Below are positions 19,916-36,800 of a stretch of 64,000 nucleotides of DNA, piece by piece (positions within the stretch are counted from its first letter, which is position 1; the number at the start of each line of letters is the position of its first letter). Below the pieces are notes generated by a model, which was given only the letters and a program-made list of their open reading frames with translations, made no database searches and was not told where the DNA came from. The DNA is from Candidatus Latescibacterota bacterium. GTDB taxonomy: Bacteria > Latescibacterota > UBA2968. Position numbers and translations under genes: made by a program. The stretch covers positions 3,712,001 to 3,776,000 of the forward strand of contig OZ244960.1 in the NCBI GenBank assembly GCA_965222605.1. Direction: 5' to 3'.

Positions 19916-21205
19916 TTGAGTACGCGTTCAAAAGCGCTATTTGATGCAGCACAACAGGTGATTCCCGGCGGTGTGAACAGTCCTGCACGAGCATTTGGTC
20001 CCGTAGGTGGTGATCCCCTCTTTATTGTGAAAGGAGAGGGGGCGCGAATTGTCGATGCCGATGGAACATCTTATATCGACTTTGTGGGTTCCTGGGGACC
20101 GCTTATTTTGGGCCATGCACATCCGGAAATTGTCGCGGCTGTCAATGAAGCGGCTGATGAGGGCACGAGTTTTGGTGCGCCAACTGAAATCGAAGTGAAG
20201 ATGGCGCAATTGGTCACCGAAATAGTGCCGAGTGTGGAAATGGTGCGGATGGTAAATTCGGGTACCGAAGCCACGATGTCGGCTATTCGGCTGGCTCGCG
20301 GACACACGGGGCGAAACAAAATTGTCAAATTTGAAGGATGCTGGCACGGGCATGCCGATAGTTTTCTGATTCAGGCGGGGTCTTCGGCACTCACGATGGG
20401 CGCGCCGAGCAGCCCGGGAGTTACACCTGGAACTGCAGCAGATTCGATTACGGTGTCCTTTAATGATCTGGAAGCTGTAGAAAAAGCCGTTGTGGAAAAT
20501 AGGGATGAAATCGCTGCTGTTATTGTCGAACCCGTAGCTGGCAATATGGGGGTGATTCCGCCGGCGCCGGGTTTTTTGCAGGGTTTGAGAGATGTAACAA
20601 CAGAAATGGGTATTGTGCTGATTTTTGACGAGGTCATCACCGGATTTCGCGTCAGTTGTGGCGGAGCGCAGGAGCTTTATGGCGTAACGCCCGACTTGAC
20701 GACTTTGGGAAAGATTATTGGCGGTGGGTTGCCCGTTGGTGCTTTTGGTGGCAAGCGAGAGATTATGTCAGATATATCACCCCTGGGAAAAATGGTGTCG
20801 CAGGCCGGCACATTGTCGGGCAATCCCCTGGCTATGACAGCGGGATATGAGACGCTCAGACGCCTGCAAGAACCAGATGTTTATGACGTGTTGGAAGCAA
20901 AAGCGCAGGCTCTGGAGATAGGTATTCTGGAAAACTTAAAAGCTCTGGGATTGAAATATCAGACCAATCGGGTGGGTTCGATTATGACCTTGTTTTTTAC
21001 GGAAGTACCAGTGACATCATTTGATGCTGCCAATGCGTGTGATCAGGATTTGTTCGCCCGGTATTTTCGGGAGATGGTCAATCGAGGTATTTATCTGGCC
21101 CCGTCACAGTTTGAGGCTGCGTTTGTTTCCCTGGCTCATTCTGATGCGGATATTGACGCGACTATAAAGGCAAATTACGAAGCCCTAAAAGCATGCATCA
21201 GTTAA
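19916..21205 (+). CDS. hemL: Glutamate-1-semialdehyde 2,1-aminomutase
   Basis: [30 protein letters not shown] and [10 protein letters not shown]. Confidence 0.96.
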   Translation: MSTRSKALFDAAQQVIPGGVNSPARAFGPVGGDPLFIVKGEGARIVDADGTSYIDFVGSWGPLILGHAHPEIVAAVNEAADEGTSFGAPTEIEVKMAQLVTEIVPSVEMVRMVNSGTEATMSAIRLARGHTGRNKIVKFEGCWHGHADSFLIQAGSSALTMGAPSSPGVTPGTAADSITVSFNDLEAVEKAVVENRDEIAAVIVEPVAGNMGVIPPAPGFLQGLRDVTTEMGIVLIFDEVITGFRVSCGGAQELYGVTPDLTTLGKIIGGGLPVGAFGGKREIMSDISPLGKMVSQAGTLSGNPLAMTAGYETLRRLQEPDVYDVLEAKAQALEIGILENLKALGLKYQTNRVGSIMTLFFTEVPVTSFDAANACDQDLFARYFREMVNRGIYLAPSQFEAAFVSLAHSDADIDATIKANYEALKACIS

Positions 21206-21675
21206 AAAAAATACTGCCAATACTTTTGCTTTTCTTATCTGGTTGCAGCTCTCCACACGACGATTATCTTCGTCAATTGCGATCGGGTTCGGTTGATCAG
21301 CGCATCGATGCGGCGTCCTTTTTGGGTGCGCAGCGGGTTGTTGAGGCCATTCCCCATTTGCGCGCTGCTTTGCGCGACTCTGTCACACCTGTGCGCACAA
21401 AGGCCGCCTGGGCGTTGGGAATGTTGCGGGCAAAGGAGGCATTGCGCGATCTGATCCGGATGCTTGGAGACAAAGACCGGGATGTGCGCCAGATTGTCGC
21501 ATGGACATTGATGCAAATTGAAGAACCCGAAGCCATTTCAGCACTTGAACGCGCTATGGTGTCTGAACCCGACGCCTGGGTAAAAAAAGATATGGAGCGG
21601 GCAGTGCGCTACTTAAGGCAGTTCGATGGTGAGGCAGATGTTGAAGAAGGTCGTGTGAGAGGAGAATTTTTCTAA
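21193..21675 (+). CDS. HEAT-repeat lipoprotein
   Basis: Lipobox LSGC; [10 protein letters not shown] and VRQIVAWTL repeats. Confidence 0.8.
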   Translation: MHQLKKILPILLLFLSGCSSPHDDYLRQLRSGSVDQRIDAASFLGAQRVVEAIPHLRAALRDSVTPVRTKAAWALGMLRAKEALRDLIRMLGDKDRDVRQIVAWTLMQIEEPEAISALERAMVSEPDAWVKKDMERAVRYLRQFDGEADVEEGRVRGEFF

Positions 21676-21682
21676 AAATGGT

Positions 21683-21777
21683 TTGACTTTCGGATTTCTA
21701 TTCTTTATATTGTGCTTTCTACACTAAAAAATGGGGCAGAGTTTTTCCTTGACTTGTGAAAGTCGATTCTGTACATT
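21683..21777 (+). promoter_or_regulatory. Tandem rrn P1/P2 sigma70 promoters
   Basis: TTGACT-17-TATATT (21683-21711) and TTGACT-17-TACATT (21749-21777); boxA-like TGTTCTTTGAAAA at about 21818. Confidence 0.7.
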
Positions 21778-21932
21778 TGCTCCTTACCGGCACTTTGTAA
21801 ATAAAAAGTGCCTATTTTGTTCTTTGAAAATCAAATAACGTGCATGTGTTATTAAAAGCTTGGTAGGTTCTCAAGGTTTCTTGAGAATTCAGTAATTGCA
21901 AAAAAAAGCCCATAATATGGGCACTCTCATTT

Positions 21933-23483
<1,551 letters not shown>

Positions 23484-23599
23484 GGGAGACGCGATGTAAG
23501 GCCATAGGCGCTTACATCTACTCCTAAGGTCAATGCCAGGCTTGGCATGTGCACGTTATTTGGTTTTTAAAAGCCGGGATTTTTCCCGGCTTTTTAGGC

Positions 23600-23676
23600 G
23601 GGCCTATAGCTCAGTTGGTTAGAGCGCGCGCCTGATAAGCGCGAGGTCAGTGGTTCAACTCCACTTAGGCCCACCA
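23600..23676 (+). tRNA. tRNA-Ile (GAU)
   Basis: GGGCCTATAGCTCAG...CT-GAT-AA...CCCACCA in the ITS. Confidence 0.97.
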
Positions 23677-23691
23677 AATTATAAAATATTC

Positions 23692-23767
23692 GGGGATATA
23701 GCTCAGATGGGAGAGCGCCGGCTTTGCAAGCCGGAGGTCACCGGTTCGATCCCGGTTATCTCCACCA
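23692..23767 (+). tRNA. tRNA-Ala (UGC)
   Basis: GGGGATATAGCTCAG...TT-TGC-AA...CTCCACCA with the G3:U70 pair. Confidence 0.97.
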
Positions 23768-23896
23768 AAGATGTAACTTTTATAGAATTTTCAACTGCTC
23801 TTTGACAATTGAATATGGATTGGGTAATACAATTTGCCAAACTGAAGTATGGATTCTTTTGCAGAGCACAGTAGTGATCTGCTGAAAACCTGTTTT

Positions 23897-26925
<3,029 letters not shown>

Positions 26926-26996
26926 TTTTTAAACTTTTTTCAGCAGATCGCTTCTGTGCTTTGTTTTGGCGCTCAATCCATATTCATTTAAATTTT

Positions 26997-27114
<118 letters not shown>

Positions 27115-27118
27115 ATAC

Positions 27119-27153
27119 AAAAAAGCCCGGATATAAAAATCCGGGCTTTTTTT
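27119..27153 (+). terminator. rrn terminator
   Basis: AAAAGCCCGGAT...ATCCGGGCTTTTTTT. Confidence 0.85.
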
Positions 27154-27277
27154 CTTGTACAAGATCAAAAGAGTGCTTGACAAAACCCATTTGTTTTGCA
27201 ATTATACGCGCCTTATTTTTGTACGGAGGTTGATATTTTCAAAGCAATTATTTAATACTGATATTAAGGAGGTTACT

Positions 27278-29359
27278 GTGAATAGATATACACCTGAAAA
27301 TATCAGGAATATCGCCCTCTCGGGACACGGCGGCACGGGCAAAACGTCCGTTGCCGAAGCCATGATGTTTTCTGCTGGTGCAACCAATCGACTCGGGTCG
27401 GTCGATGAGGGAAATACTGTGTCAGATTATACCGATGCAGAGATTGCGCGTAAAAACTCTATCAGTACATCTATGTTGCACTGCGATTGGAAGGGCACCA
27501 AAATGAATATTTTGGATGGTCCGGGTTATGCCGACTTTATTGGCGATGCAAAAACCGCAGTTTGGGCATCTGATATTGCCCTTACGCTGGTCAATGCGGC
27601 CAGTGGTGTAGAGATTGGAACGGATAAGGCGTTTGGTTTTGCCGGTGAATTTAATCGCGCAACGGTGTTTTTAGTCAATCACGTCGATCGGGAGTTTGCC
27701 GATTGCGATGGTGCGTTTTCAGCAATTCAGGAGCATTTTGGAAATGGGGCTATTCCCTTTCAGATTCCGGTCAATGCCGGCGAAGAGTTTAATCAGATCA
27801 TCGATGTTTTGCAGATGAAATTGGTAACCTATACCGATGGCAAAGCTGCAGCTTCGGAGATTCCCGAGGAATGGCAAGATCAGGCTGAGGACTTGAGGGA
27901 ACAGGTGGTTGAAGGGGTTGCTGAAAGTGATGATGACCTGATTGAGTGCTATTTAGAAGAAGGAGAATTGACAGACGAAGAGATTGCACAAGGGGTAAAA
28001 ATTGGGATGGTCAATCGCACTTTGTTTCCCATTTTTGTGAGTGCTGCCAGCAAAAATATCGGTGTTGACTTGTTGCTCGATTTTTTATCTACCTTCGCGC
28101 CCGGTCCGCTCGACTTGCCAATTCCCGCAGCATACAAAGAAGGGTCTGAAGAAGAAGTGACACTTGCCGTAAGCGATGATGACTCTTTGGCTGCCGTGGT
28201 GTTCAAAACGATTTCCGAATCTGTAGGCGATTTGTCATTTTTGCGCGTGTATTCCGGTAGTGTCAAACCTGGCGACGACGTATTTAATCCCAACCGCCGA
28301 GCCACTGAGCGCATCGGTCAAATTTATTCGATGAGTGGCGGAAAGCGCGACGATATGGACGTTTTGGGCGCGGGTGATATTGGCGCGTTGATCAAGCTAA
28401 AGGACACGCATACGGGCAATACTCTTTGCAGCAGAAACACGCGCTTGCAAATTCAGCCGATCGAATTCCCACACCCTTTGATTCGCGTGGCCGTAGAACC
28501 CAAATCGCGAGGCGACGAAGACAAAATTAGCGCGGGATTGCACAGCATTCACGAAGAAGATCCGAGCTTTGTCGCCGGGTATGACTCGGAATTGCGACAG
28601 ATTATTGCCCAGGGACAGGGCGAGTTACATTTGACGGTTGTGTTTGACAAGTTGAAGAGTAAGTTTGGCGTGGATGTAGAAGTGGCCGAACCCCGAATAC
28701 CGTACCGCGAGACTATTCAATCGCGTGCAGAAGCTCGGTATCGGCACAGAAAACAAAGCGGTGGACGCGGTCAATATGGCGAAGCTTATTTGCGCGTTTC
28801 GCCCATGCAGCGCGGTGATGGCTTCGAATTTATAGACGAAGTCGTAGGTGGTGCGATTCCCGGAAAATTTATTCCGGCTGTTGAAAAAGGTGTTGTAGAG
28901 ACCATGCAACGCGGTGTGCTCGCCGGATATCCCGTTGTCGATACGCAGGTCACGGTTTACGATGGGTCCTTTCATGCGGTTGACTCTTCTGATATGGCTT
29001 TTAAGCTGGCCGGTTCTTTCGCATTTCAAAATGCATTTATGGATGCCAGACCCATTTTGTTAGAACCCATTTACAAAGTTAGCGTCGTTGTTCCGGATTC
29101 CTATATGGGGGATGTGATGGCGGATCTCAATGGGCGACGCGGGCGCATTCAAGGCATGGATCCCGAAGGCAATTTCCAGGTTATTCACGCCGAAGTTCCA
29201 CTGGTAGATCTCTACAAATATTCAACCTCTTTGCGTTCTATGACACAGGGCACAGGCGATTATACCATGGCGTTTTCCCACTACGAGCCTGTCCCTCACG
29301 ATGTGACACAAAAGGTCATTGAGGCTTCCGAACACGATCGCGAATTGGTCGAAGCATGA
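27278..29359 (+). CDS. fusA: Elongation factor G paralogue (EF-G2-like)
   Basis: AAGGAGG SD with GTG start; GHGGTGKT, DGPGYADF, KQSGGRGQYG and LRSMTQG; outside the str operon. Confidence 0.9.
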   Translation: MNRYTPENIRNIALSGHGGTGKTSVAEAMMFSAGATNRLGSVDEGNTVSDYTDAEIARKNSISTSMLHCDWKGTKMNILDGPGYADFIGDAKTAVWASDIALTLVNAASGVEIGTDKAFGFAGEFNRATVFLVNHVDREFADCDGAFSAIQEHFGNGAIPFQIPVNAGEEFNQIIDVLQMKLVTYTDGKAAASEIPEEWQDQAEDLREQVVEGVAESDDDLIECYLEEGELTDEEIAQGVKIGMVNRTLFPIFVSAASKNIGVDLLLDFLSTFAPGPLDLPIPAAYKEGSEEEVTLAVSDDDSLAAVVFKTISESVGDLSFLRVYSGSVKPGDDVFNPNRRATERIGQIYSMSGGKRDDMDVLGAGDIGALIKLKDTHTGNTLCSRNTRLQIQPIEFPHPLIRVAVEPKSRGDEDKISAGLHSIHEEDPSFVAGYDSELRQIIAQGQGELHLTVVFDKLKSKFGVDVEVAEPRIPYRETIQSRAEARYRHRKQSGGRGQYGEAYLRVSPMQRGDGFEFIDEVVGGAIPGKFIPAVEKGVVETMQRGVLAGYPVVDTQVTVYDGSFHAVDSSDMAFKLAGSFAFQNAFMDARPILLEPIYKVSVVVPDSYMGDVMADLNGRRGRIQGMDPEGNFQVIHAEVPLVDLYKYSTSLRSMTQGTGDYTMAFSHYEPVPHDVTQKVIEASEHDRELVEA

Positions 29360-29388
29360 CCGGTTTTTGTTTGCCGTTTCCATAGGAG

Positions 29389-30264
29389 ATGATGATGTCA
29401 GCCGGGCGCAGGTTCAGGGCGGCACTGGACGCAGAACGACCCTTACAGATTGCGGGTACCATCAACGCCGTATCTGCGCTAATGGCAAAACAGGCTGGAT
29501 TTCGCGCGCTGTATCTTTCCGGTTCGGGCGTGGCTGCTGCTTCTTATGGATTGCCCGATTTGGGCATTACAACGCTGGACAATGTGGTCGAGGATGCCCG
29601 GCGGATTACCGATGTGGTGGATTTGCCGCTGTTGGTTGACATTGATACCGGGTTTGGCGGCACCTCTTTTTCTATAGGTCGCGCGGTAAAGACGCTGGAA
29701 AAAATTGGCGTTGCTGCTGTTCACATTGAAGACCAGGTGTTGCAAAAACGCTGTGGACATCGCCCCGGAAAACAGGTGGTATCTGCCGAGGAGATGTGCG
29801 ACCGAATCAAGGCCGCGGTTGATGCTCGGTCAGATTGCGGGTTTGTGATTATGGCGCGAACCGATTCTGTGGCGAATGAAGGTTTGGAGCGCGGTCTCAA
29901 TCGCGCCCAGGAGTACATTTCTGTCGGTGCCGATGCGATTTTTGCAGAGAGCTTGAGTTCACTGGAAGATTTCCGCACCTTTGCCCGCAATCTCTCTGTA
30001 CCTGTGCTGGCGAATCTCACCGAGTTTGGGCAAACGCCTCTGTTTGGTCTGGGCGAGATGAGAGGTGCGGGTGTCGCCATGGTGTTGTATCCTCTTACGG
30101 CGTTTAGAATGATGAATGCGGCTGCTCACCGGGCGTATAAAACGCTGCGGACACAGGGCGCACAGGGGGCGTTGATAAACGAGATGCAGACGCGGGAAGA
30201 ACTCTACGAATTGCTGGATTATTACGCGTATGAGGCGCAGGTCAATCGACTTTATGGCGCGTGA
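29389..30264 (+). CDS. prpB: 2-methylisocitrate lyase
   Basis: LYLSGSGVA, DIDTGFG and KRCGHRPGK. Confidence 0.95.
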   Translation: MMMSAGRRFRAALDAERPLQIAGTINAVSALMAKQAGFRALYLSGSGVAAASYGLPDLGITTLDNVVEDARRITDVVDLPLLVDIDTGFGGTSFSIGRAVKTLEKIGVAAVHIEDQVLQKRCGHRPGKQVVSAEEMCDRIKAAVDARSDCGFVIMARTDSVANEGLERGLNRAQEYISVGADAIFAESLSSLEDFRTFARNLSVPVLANLTEFGQTPLFGLGEMRGAGVAMVLYPLTAFRMMNAAAHRAYKTLRTQGAQGALINEMQTREELYELLDYYAYEAQVNRLYGA

Positions 30265-30287
30265 ATCGACTGAGGAGATTTTACGGG

Positions 30288-30325
30288 AAAAGGTCGTGAG
30301 TGAAAATGCTCACGGCCTTTTTTTG
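30288..30325 (+). terminator. Hairpin with T-run between prpB and prpC
   Basis: AAAAGGTCGTGAG...CTCACGGCCTTTTTT. Confidence 0.55.
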
Positions 30326-30348
30326 ACTGAGCCTGATAGGAGGATATT

Positions 30349-31446
30349 GTGAGCAAACAGACGGTAACAACAGGCCTGAGGGGCGTTAAAGCTGGCAATA
30401 CATCGATTTGTACTGTAGGCGCAGAAGGTCACGGTTTGCACTATCGAGGCTATGCTATTGAAGACCTGGCACAATATGCCTGTTTTGAGGAAATCGTGCA
30501 TTTGTTGTTGTGGGATGCACTGCCCTCTGAAAGGGAATTGGATGCGTTGAAGACGCAGTTGCGGGCGCACCGGCAGTTGCCGGATCTGGTTGTGCGAGTT
30601 TTGAGTTCGCTGCCTTCAGACGCGCATCCGATGGATGTGTTGCGAACCGGTGTGTCGGCGCTTGGCATTGCCGAGCCAGAGCAGGGTTTGGAGGACACTG
30701 TGGCTGTGCGGCTTTTGGGTGCATTGCCCTCTATGCTGGGGGTCTGGCATCTGGGTGCTGATGTTTTGGATGTGGATGAGCACGCGACTTATATCTTGCA
30801 TATGCTCAAAGAACAGACGCCTTCTGAGTTGGAATGTCGGATGATGGATGCGTCGTTGATTTTATATGCCGAGCACGAGTTTAATGCTTCGACATTCACG
30901 GCCAGAGTATGCGCCTCTACACTTGCCGATTTTTATGGATGTATTACCGGGGCAATTGGTACTTTGAGCGGACCTTTGCACGGGGGCGCAAACGAGCGGG
31001 CAATGGAATTGATTGAACAGTTCGAGACTCCCGAAGACGCGGCAATGGGCGTGCGAGAGATGCTGGCGCGCAAAGAATTGATTATGGGGTTTGGGCACGG
31101 GGTTTATCGCGTGCGAGACCCGCGCAATGCGATTATTAAAGATTGGGCGCGTCAGGTGAGCGAAGCAAAAGGCGATATGAGTCTTTACGAAGTTTCTGAA
31201 GCGATTGAGCAGGTTATGTGGGATGAAAAAAAGCTGTTTCCAAATCTGGATTTTTATTCGGCAACAGCGTATCATATGGCCGGTATTGAGACGGCGCTTT
31301 TCACACCTGTATTTGTACTCAGTCGTTGTAGCGGTTGGGCTGCTCATGTGATGGAACAGCGAGCAGATAATAAGCTGATTCGGCCTCTGGCGGAATACAC
31401 GGGGGTAGAGGCGCGAGATTATGTGCCGTTGGAAGAAAGGGGTTGA
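30349..31446 (+). CDS. prpC: 2-methylcitrate synthase
   Basis: [20 protein letters not shown] and FPNLDF; lies between prpB and prpD. Confidence 0.93.
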   Translation: MSKQTVTTGLRGVKAGNTSICTVGAEGHGLHYRGYAIEDLAQYACFEEIVHLLLWDALPSERELDALKTQLRAHRQLPDLVVRVLSSLPSDAHPMDVLRTGVSALGIAEPEQGLEDTVAVRLLGALPSMLGVWHLGADVLDVDEHATYILHMLKEQTPSELECRMMDASLILYAEHEFNASTFTARVCASTLADFYGCITGAIGTLSGPLHGGANERAMELIEQFETPEDAAMGVREMLARKELIMGFGHGVYRVRDPRNAIIKDWARQVSEAKGDMSLYEVSEAIEQVMWDEKKLFPNLDFYSATAYHMAGIETALFTPVFVLSRCSGWAAHVMEQRADNKLIRPLAEYTGVEARDYVPLEERG

Positions 31447-31462
31447 TAGATTGAGGATTGCC

Positions 31463-32893
31463 ATGGATGATCGGGCACCGGATAGAGAACTGGTGGCTAT
31501 TGCACAGTACGTGCTGGATTGCGAAGTGAATTCTGCGGAGGCTTTTCAGACGGCTCGATTGTGTCTGATGGATAGTTTGGGGTGTGCGGTATTGGCATTG
31601 CGGTTTTCTGAGTGTACCAAGATGCTCGGCCCCGTGGTTCCGGGAACGATTGTGCCGTGCGGTGCGCGGGTGCCGGGAACTGATTACGAACTCGATCCGG
31701 TGACTGCTGCGTTTAATATTGGGACAATGGTGCGTTGGCTGGATTTTAACGATACGTGGTTGGCGGCTGAGTGGGGTCATCCTTCGGATAATCTGGGTGC
31801 AATTCTCGGTGTGGCGGACTGGGTGTCGCGCACGCAACGCGCACAGGGGCGAGATGCGCTGGTCATGCGGGATGTGTTTGTGGCGATGATCAAAGCGCAT
31901 GAAATTCAGGGCGTGATGGCACTGGAAAACAGTTTTAATGCCCGGGGGCTGGACCATGTGATTTTGGTGAAGTTGGCGAGCGCGGCGATCTCTGCTGGTC
32001 TGTTGGGATGTGATGAGGCGCAGATCGTCAATGCATTGTCTCAGGTGTGGTGCGATTTGGGTCCTTTGCGAACTTATCGCCATGCACCCAATACTGGATC
32101 GCGCAAGAGTTGGGCGGCGGGAGATGCTACTGCACGTGGCGTGTTTTTGGCATTGCAGACAAGACGCGGCGAAATGGGATATCCAAAGGCATTGTCTGCA
32201 CCCGTATGGGGTTTTTACGACCGATTGTGGAATGGGGACCGGTTTCAGTTTCAACGTTTGTATGGTTCTTATGTGATGGAAAACGTTTTGTTCAAAGTGT
32301 CTTTTCCTGCCGAATTTCACGCACAAACAGCGGTAGAAGCTGCGTTTGCGTTGCACAATGAGGTGGCACCGCGTTTGGAGGCTGTCGAGCGGGTGGTGAT
32401 CGAGACGCACGAAGCCGCTATAAAAATTATCGATAAGACCGGTCCGCTGTACAATCCAGCAGATCGGGATCACTGTTTGCAATATATGGTGGCTATAGGG
32501 CTGATTTCTGGCGTTTTGACCGCAGATGACTACGAAGAGGAGCGCGCAGATGACGAGCGTATTGATGCGTTGAGAGAGAAGATGGTGGTGACAGAAAACG
32601 CGCGGTTTACGCGGGATTATCACGACCCACACAAGCGGTCAATTGCCAATACTGTGCAGGTGTTTTTCAAAGATGGATCGGCGACAGAGGCCGTGACGGT
32701 TGAATATCCCATTGGGCATCGAAGAAGGCGGCAGGAGGCCGCGCCCTTGTTGGTGGAAAAGTTTGTGAAAAATATGACGACGCGGTTTGAGATGCGGCAG
32801 GTGCAAGATATGTTGGCTGTGTTTGAAGGTTCGGATTTGGATACCATGCGCGTGTGGGAATTTATGGATATGTTGCACATCCGCGCGTCTTAA
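31463..32893 (+). CDS. prpD: 2-methylcitrate dehydratase
   Basis: [31 protein letters not shown] and [11 protein letters not shown]. Confidence 0.96.
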   Translation: MDDRAPDRELVAIAQYVLDCEVNSAEAFQTARLCLMDSLGCAVLALRFSECTKMLGPVVPGTIVPCGARVPGTDYELDPVTAAFNIGTMVRWLDFNDTWLAAEWGHPSDNLGAILGVADWVSRTQRAQGRDALVMRDVFVAMIKAHEIQGVMALENSFNARGLDHVILVKLASAAISAGLLGCDEAQIVNALSQVWCDLGPLRTYRHAPNTGSRKSWAAGDATARGVFLALQTRRGEMGYPKALSAPVWGFYDRLWNGDRFQFQRLYGSYVMENVLFKVSFPAEFHAQTAVEAAFALHNEVAPRLEAVERVVIETHEAAIKIIDKTGPLYNPADRDHCLQYMVAIGLISGVLTADDYEEERADDERIDALREKMVVTENARFTRDYHDPHKRSIANTVQVFFKDGSATEAVTVEYPIGHRRRRQEAAPLLVEKFVKNMTTRFEMRQVQDMLAVFEGSDLDTMRVWEFMDMLHIRAS

Positions 32894-32989
32894 ATAGCGT
32901 ATTTCCTATTGCACAATGGCGGGGTTCTGACTACATTTGGATTGGGATATGGGATGTGAGAATACCACTGAATAAAGGAGTACGGCAGA

Positions 32990-33739
32990 ATGGCTGGACA
33001 TTCTAAATGGGCAAATATCAAGCATCGCAAGGGCCGTCAGGACGCGGCCCGAGGCAAAGCGTTTACCAAACTGATTCGAGAGATTACTGTGGCAGCCCGC
33101 GAGGGTGGCGGCGATGAAGCGAATAACCCTCGTCTGCGTGCGGCTGTCTCAGGTGCCAGGGCAGAAAATATGCCCATGATCAATATTGAGCGCGCGATTA
33201 AAAAGGGTACGGGAGAGCTTGAAGGCGAGTCTTATGAAGGTGCGATTTACGAGGGATATGGACCGGGCGGTGTGGCCGTGTTTGTTGAAACGCTGACAGA
33301 TAATCGAAATCGCACGGTATCTGAAGTGCGGCATTTGTTTAGCAAATACAATGGCAGTATGGCCGAAAGTGGTTCTGTGGCTTGGGTGTTTGAGCAAAAG
33401 GGTCTGATTTCTGTGTCCAAAGAGGGCGTGGAAGAAGAAGAGATGATGCTGATAGCTTTAGATGCTGGTGCCGAGGATATTGCAGAAGAAGAGAATATCT
33501 ATGAAGTTTATGCATCCCTGCCCGATTTTGAAAGCGTTCGCAAAGCGATTGAAGATGCGGGTGTCGAAATTGAGCGCGCTGAATTGACGCGCGTTCCGCA
33601 AAATACCGTGCCCGTTGAAGGCAAAACCGCGCAGCAATTATTGGCCTTGATGGAAATGCTCGAAGACAATGACGATGTGCAGCGGGTATATGCCAATTTT
33701 GAGATTGACGACAAAGAATTAGCAGTCCTGACAGTTTGA
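32990..33739 (+). CDS. yebC: YebC/PmpR family protein
   Basis: [14 protein letters not shown] and YEGYGPGG. Confidence 0.96.
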   Translation: MAGHSKWANIKHRKGRQDAARGKAFTKLIREITVAAREGGGDEANNPRLRAAVSGARAENMPMINIERAIKKGTGELEGESYEGAIYEGYGPGGVAVFVETLTDNRNRTVSEVRHLFSKYNGSMAESGSVAWVFEQKGLISVSKEGVEEEEMMLIALDAGAEDIAEEENIYEVYASLPDFESVRKAIEDAGVEIERAELTRVPQNTVPVEGKTAQQLLALMEMLEDNDDVQRVYANFEIDDKELAVLTV

Positions 33740-33828
33740 TTTCCCCCTCCCAAATTTCTTGTCAGTCCCAGCCCGCTAGCTCCCCAGTTCACACTTCCTA
33801 CTTCACACTTCCACGAAAGGTGGTCCGC

Positions 33829-34449
33829 GTGATCATTCTGGGTATTGATCCGGGTAGTGTGGTGACTGGTTTTGGTCTGGTTGAGCACCAGAACCGGAAA
33901 AATCGGTTGCTGCAATGCGGCTGTATTCGGCCCGGTAACAAATTGTCTTTCCCCCGGCGCTTGCTTTATATCTACGATCACTTGCTCGCACTGGTCGCGG
34001 ATGCAGGCCCACATGAAGTCGCGCTTGAATCTGTTTTTTACGGTGTCAATACGCAATCGCTGATTAAGTTGTGTCAGGCGCGAGGGGCTATTGTGACGGC
34101 TCTGGCCAATTCCGATCTGCCCATTTCTGAATACGCGCCCCGCGAAGTAAAAAAAGCCGTTGTGGGCCGGGGCAGTGCGTCCAAAGAACAGGTGCAATTT
34201 ATGATCCAGCGGTTATTTGGCAAAAATGCACTGGATCAGACACTCGATGCGACAGATGCCGTGGCGATTGCCCTGTGCCACGCGCATCAGAAGGTTGCCG
34301 CGCGAGGGCCTGGAATACGGGAAAATAAACTGGCAGAGAAAATCGAGGCATTGAAGCAGGACGGCAGAGAACAAAGTCGATTTGATGAAAAACTCAAAGA
34401 AATCGGCGTGAATGCGAAGTCGCGGCGGCGATTGACAGGAGGGCGGTAA
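33829..34449 (+). CDS. ruvC: Holliday junction resolvase RuvC (with C-terminal extension)
   Basis: ILGIDPG, KKAVVGRG.ASKEQV and DATDAVAIA. Confidence 0.93.
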   Translation: MIILGIDPGSVVTGFGLVEHQNRKNRLLQCGCIRPGNKLSFPRRLLYIYDHLLALVADAGPHEVALESVFYGVNTQSLIKLCQARGAIVTALANSDLPISEYAPREVKKAVVGRGSASKEQVQFMIQRLFGKNALDQTLDATDAVAIALCHAHQKVAARGPGIRENKLAEKIEALKQDGREQSRFDEKLKEIGVNAKSRRRLTGGR

Positions 34450-34453
34450 TAAG

Positions 34454-35050
34454 ATGATTGCGTTTTTAGAAGGGCGACTGGTCGAAAAACATCCGACCCA
34501 TGTCATTGTCGATGTTCAAGGCGTGGGGTATCACGTCAATATTTCACTGTCGAGTTATGAATCGCTTTTGGTTGAGGATGGGCGCGTCAATGTGCTTACG
34601 CATCTCTATGTGAGGGAAGACGCGATGACGCTTTACGGATTTGCCTCGGTGTCCGAGCGCGATTTGTTTGAACGCCTGATTGGGGTTTCGGGTATTGGGC
34701 CACCGATGGCATTGAAAATTTTGTCCGGTATTCCCATTGCCGATTTCAGGCGGTTGGTTGCCGCAGAAGATGCTCAAGGGTTGACGCGCATCAAGGGTAT
34801 TGGTCAAAAACTCGCGCAGCGTCTGGTGCTGGAAATGAAGGACAAAATTGGCGATATTGCGCCAGAAGATTTTACATCCGATGCCGTGGGGCATGCAGAT
34901 CCGGATGTATTAGACGAAGCCGCTGCTGCCCTATCGGGTTTGGGCGCGAATCCGGTGCAGGCGCGCAAAATTGTTGCGACTGTTTTGCAGGAGATGGGCG
35001 ACGACGCGCCGATTGAGGAAGTGATTAGGCGGGCATTGAGGAGTATTTAG
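34454..35050 (+). CDS. ruvA: Holliday junction branch migration protein RuvA
   Basis: DVQGVGY, LYGF and GVSGIGP. Confidence 0.95.
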   Translation: MIAFLEGRLVEKHPTHVIVDVQGVGYHVNISLSSYESLLVEDGRVNVLTHLYVREDAMTLYGFASVSERDLFERLIGVSGIGPPMALKILSGIPIADFRRLVAAEDAQGLTRIKGIGQKLAQRLVLEMKDKIGDIAPEDFTSDAVGHADPDVLDEAAAALSGLGANPVQARKIVATVLQEMGDDAPIEEVIRRALRSI

Positions 35051-35070
35051 CAGTCATAAGGCCAACTTTT

Positions 35071-36096
35071 ATGGATGAACGATTTACCGATCCCGAATTT
35101 CAGGATGGCGACGAACTCGAGCGCGATCAGCGGATTCGTCCGATTCGATTTGACGATATGGTCGGGCAAGAAAAGGTGAAGACGAATTTGCGTATTGCTG
35201 TGGAGGCTGCGCGTCATCGCAATGAGGCTATGGATCACATTTTGTTGCACGGGCCTCCCGGCCTGGGCAAGACCACTCTGGCTTATGTGATAGCGCACGA
35301 GCTTGGGGTTGAAATTCAGGTGGCATCGGGGCCGATACTGGAACGCCCGGCTGATCTGGCGGGGATTTTGACGAATTTGAATGAGCGCGATGTGCTGTTT
35401 GTCGACGAGATCCATCGCATGAATCGGGTGGTAGAAGAACATCTGTATTCGGCAATGGAGGATTTTACGCTGGATATTATGATCGATAGCGGGCCGAGTG
35501 CCAGGTCGTATCAAATTCCGCTGGAACCCTTTACTCTGGTGGGCGCAACAACGCGAATGGGACTGCTCACAGCGCCGATGCGAACGCGCTTTGGTTTGCT
35601 GGAGCGGCTGGATTTTTACGCCCCCGAGGAGTTGCAGGCCATTGTGGTGAGGGCTGCGCGTATTTTGGGTATTGAGATTGAAGAGGATGCCGCGCGTGTG
35701 ATTGCCCACAGGTCGCGGGGAACAGCGCGCATTGCCGGGCGTCAGTTGTCGCGGTCTCGCGATTATGCACAGGCACGTGCCGATGGGATGATTACAGAAG
35801 AAGTTGCGGTTAAGGCACTGGCGTTGTTGGGGGTGGATGCAAAGGGGTTGGATGAAATGGATCGGCGATTATTGGAAACGCTGATCGATAAATTCGACGG
35901 GGGTCCCGTTGGTTTGAATAATTTGGGGGCTGCGCTGAGTGAAGAGACAGATACGCTCGAGGAGGTGTATGAACCCTATCTGATTCAGGAGGGGTTCCTG
36001 GTGCGCACGCATCGGGGGCGCCAGGCGACGGCGCGGGCGTATTTGCATTTGGGGAAAACGCCTCCGGAAGAGGGGTCACAAAATACGTTGTTTTGA
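35071..36096 (+). CDS. ruvB: Holliday junction helicase RuvB
   Basis: [19 protein letters not shown] and YEPYLIQ. Confidence 0.97.
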   Translation: MDERFTDPEFQDGDELERDQRIRPIRFDDMVGQEKVKTNLRIAVEAARHRNEAMDHILLHGPPGLGKTTLAYVIAHELGVEIQVASGPILERPADLAGILTNLNERDVLFVDEIHRMNRVVEEHLYSAMEDFTLDIMIDSGPSARSYQIPLEPFTLVGATTRMGLLTAPMRTRFGLLERLDFYAPEELQAIVVRAARILGIEIEEDAARVIAHRSRGTARIAGRQLSRSRDYAQARADGMITEEVAVKALALLGVDAKGLDEMDRRLLETLIDKFDGGPVGLNNLGAALSEETDTLEEVYEPYLIQEGFLVRTHRGRQATARAYLHLGKTPPEEGSQNTLF

Positions 36097-36107
36097 GGTA
36101 TTGCAAG

Positions 36108-36800
36108 TTGACAAAAATTTTGGGTATTGAGACTTCAACACCGGTATGCAGTGTGGCTTTGGCCTGCGATGCACGCGTGGTTGTGGAATACACTTTGGAA
36201 TTGGGGTCACATCATTCGGAACGGTTGCAGCCGATGATTGAGATGGTGTTGCGAGAGGCGGGTGTAAGTGTTGGCGATCTGGATGGCGTGGCTGTGGCTG
36301 CTGGTCCCGGCTCGTTTACGGGGTTGCGTATCGGTATGGGCCTGGCGAAGGGGTTGTGTCGCGGTGCCGATCTTGTGTTTGTGCGCGTATCAACCCTTGC
36401 GGGCATGGCTTTTGGGGCAGGGGTAGAAGGGATGCCTGTTTGTCCAATGCTGGACGCTCGGCGAGGCGATGTGTATGCGGGGGTATATGATCTCGTGGCG
36501 GGGGATCCGATTTCGAGAATGCCCGATCGCGCAGATGCGGTTTCCAATTGGATCACACATCTGCCGCGTCCCGTGACCGTGGTGGGAGATGGCGCCTGGG
36601 CGCATCGCGATGTTATTGTCAATGCTTTGGGGCGAGATGCGTATTTTGTAAACGCAGCTCTGGGCCGCCCCACTGCTGGGGCTGTTGCCCTGCTGGGTCA
36701 GGCGCGTTGCGAACGGGGAGAGGTGGATGATATGGAGATGGCCGAGCCTTTTTATTTGCGGCGAACACAAGCAGAGCGCGTGCGAGGATTTGACAGGTGA
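36108..36800 (+). CDS. tsaB: t6A biosynthesis protein TsaB
   Basis: ILGIETST, GPGSFTGLRIG, DARR and EPFYLR. Confidence 0.93.
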   Translation: MTKILGIETSTPVCSVALACDARVVVEYTLELGSHHSERLQPMIEMVLREAGVSVGDLDGVAVAAGPGSFTGLRIGMGLAKGLCRGADLVFVRVSTLAGMAFGAGVEGMPVCPMLDARRGDVYAGVYDLVAGDPISRMPDRADAVSNWITHLPRPVTVVGDGAWAHRDVIVNALGRDAYFVNAALGRPTAGAVALLGQARCERGEVDDMEMAEPFYLRRTQAERVRGFDR

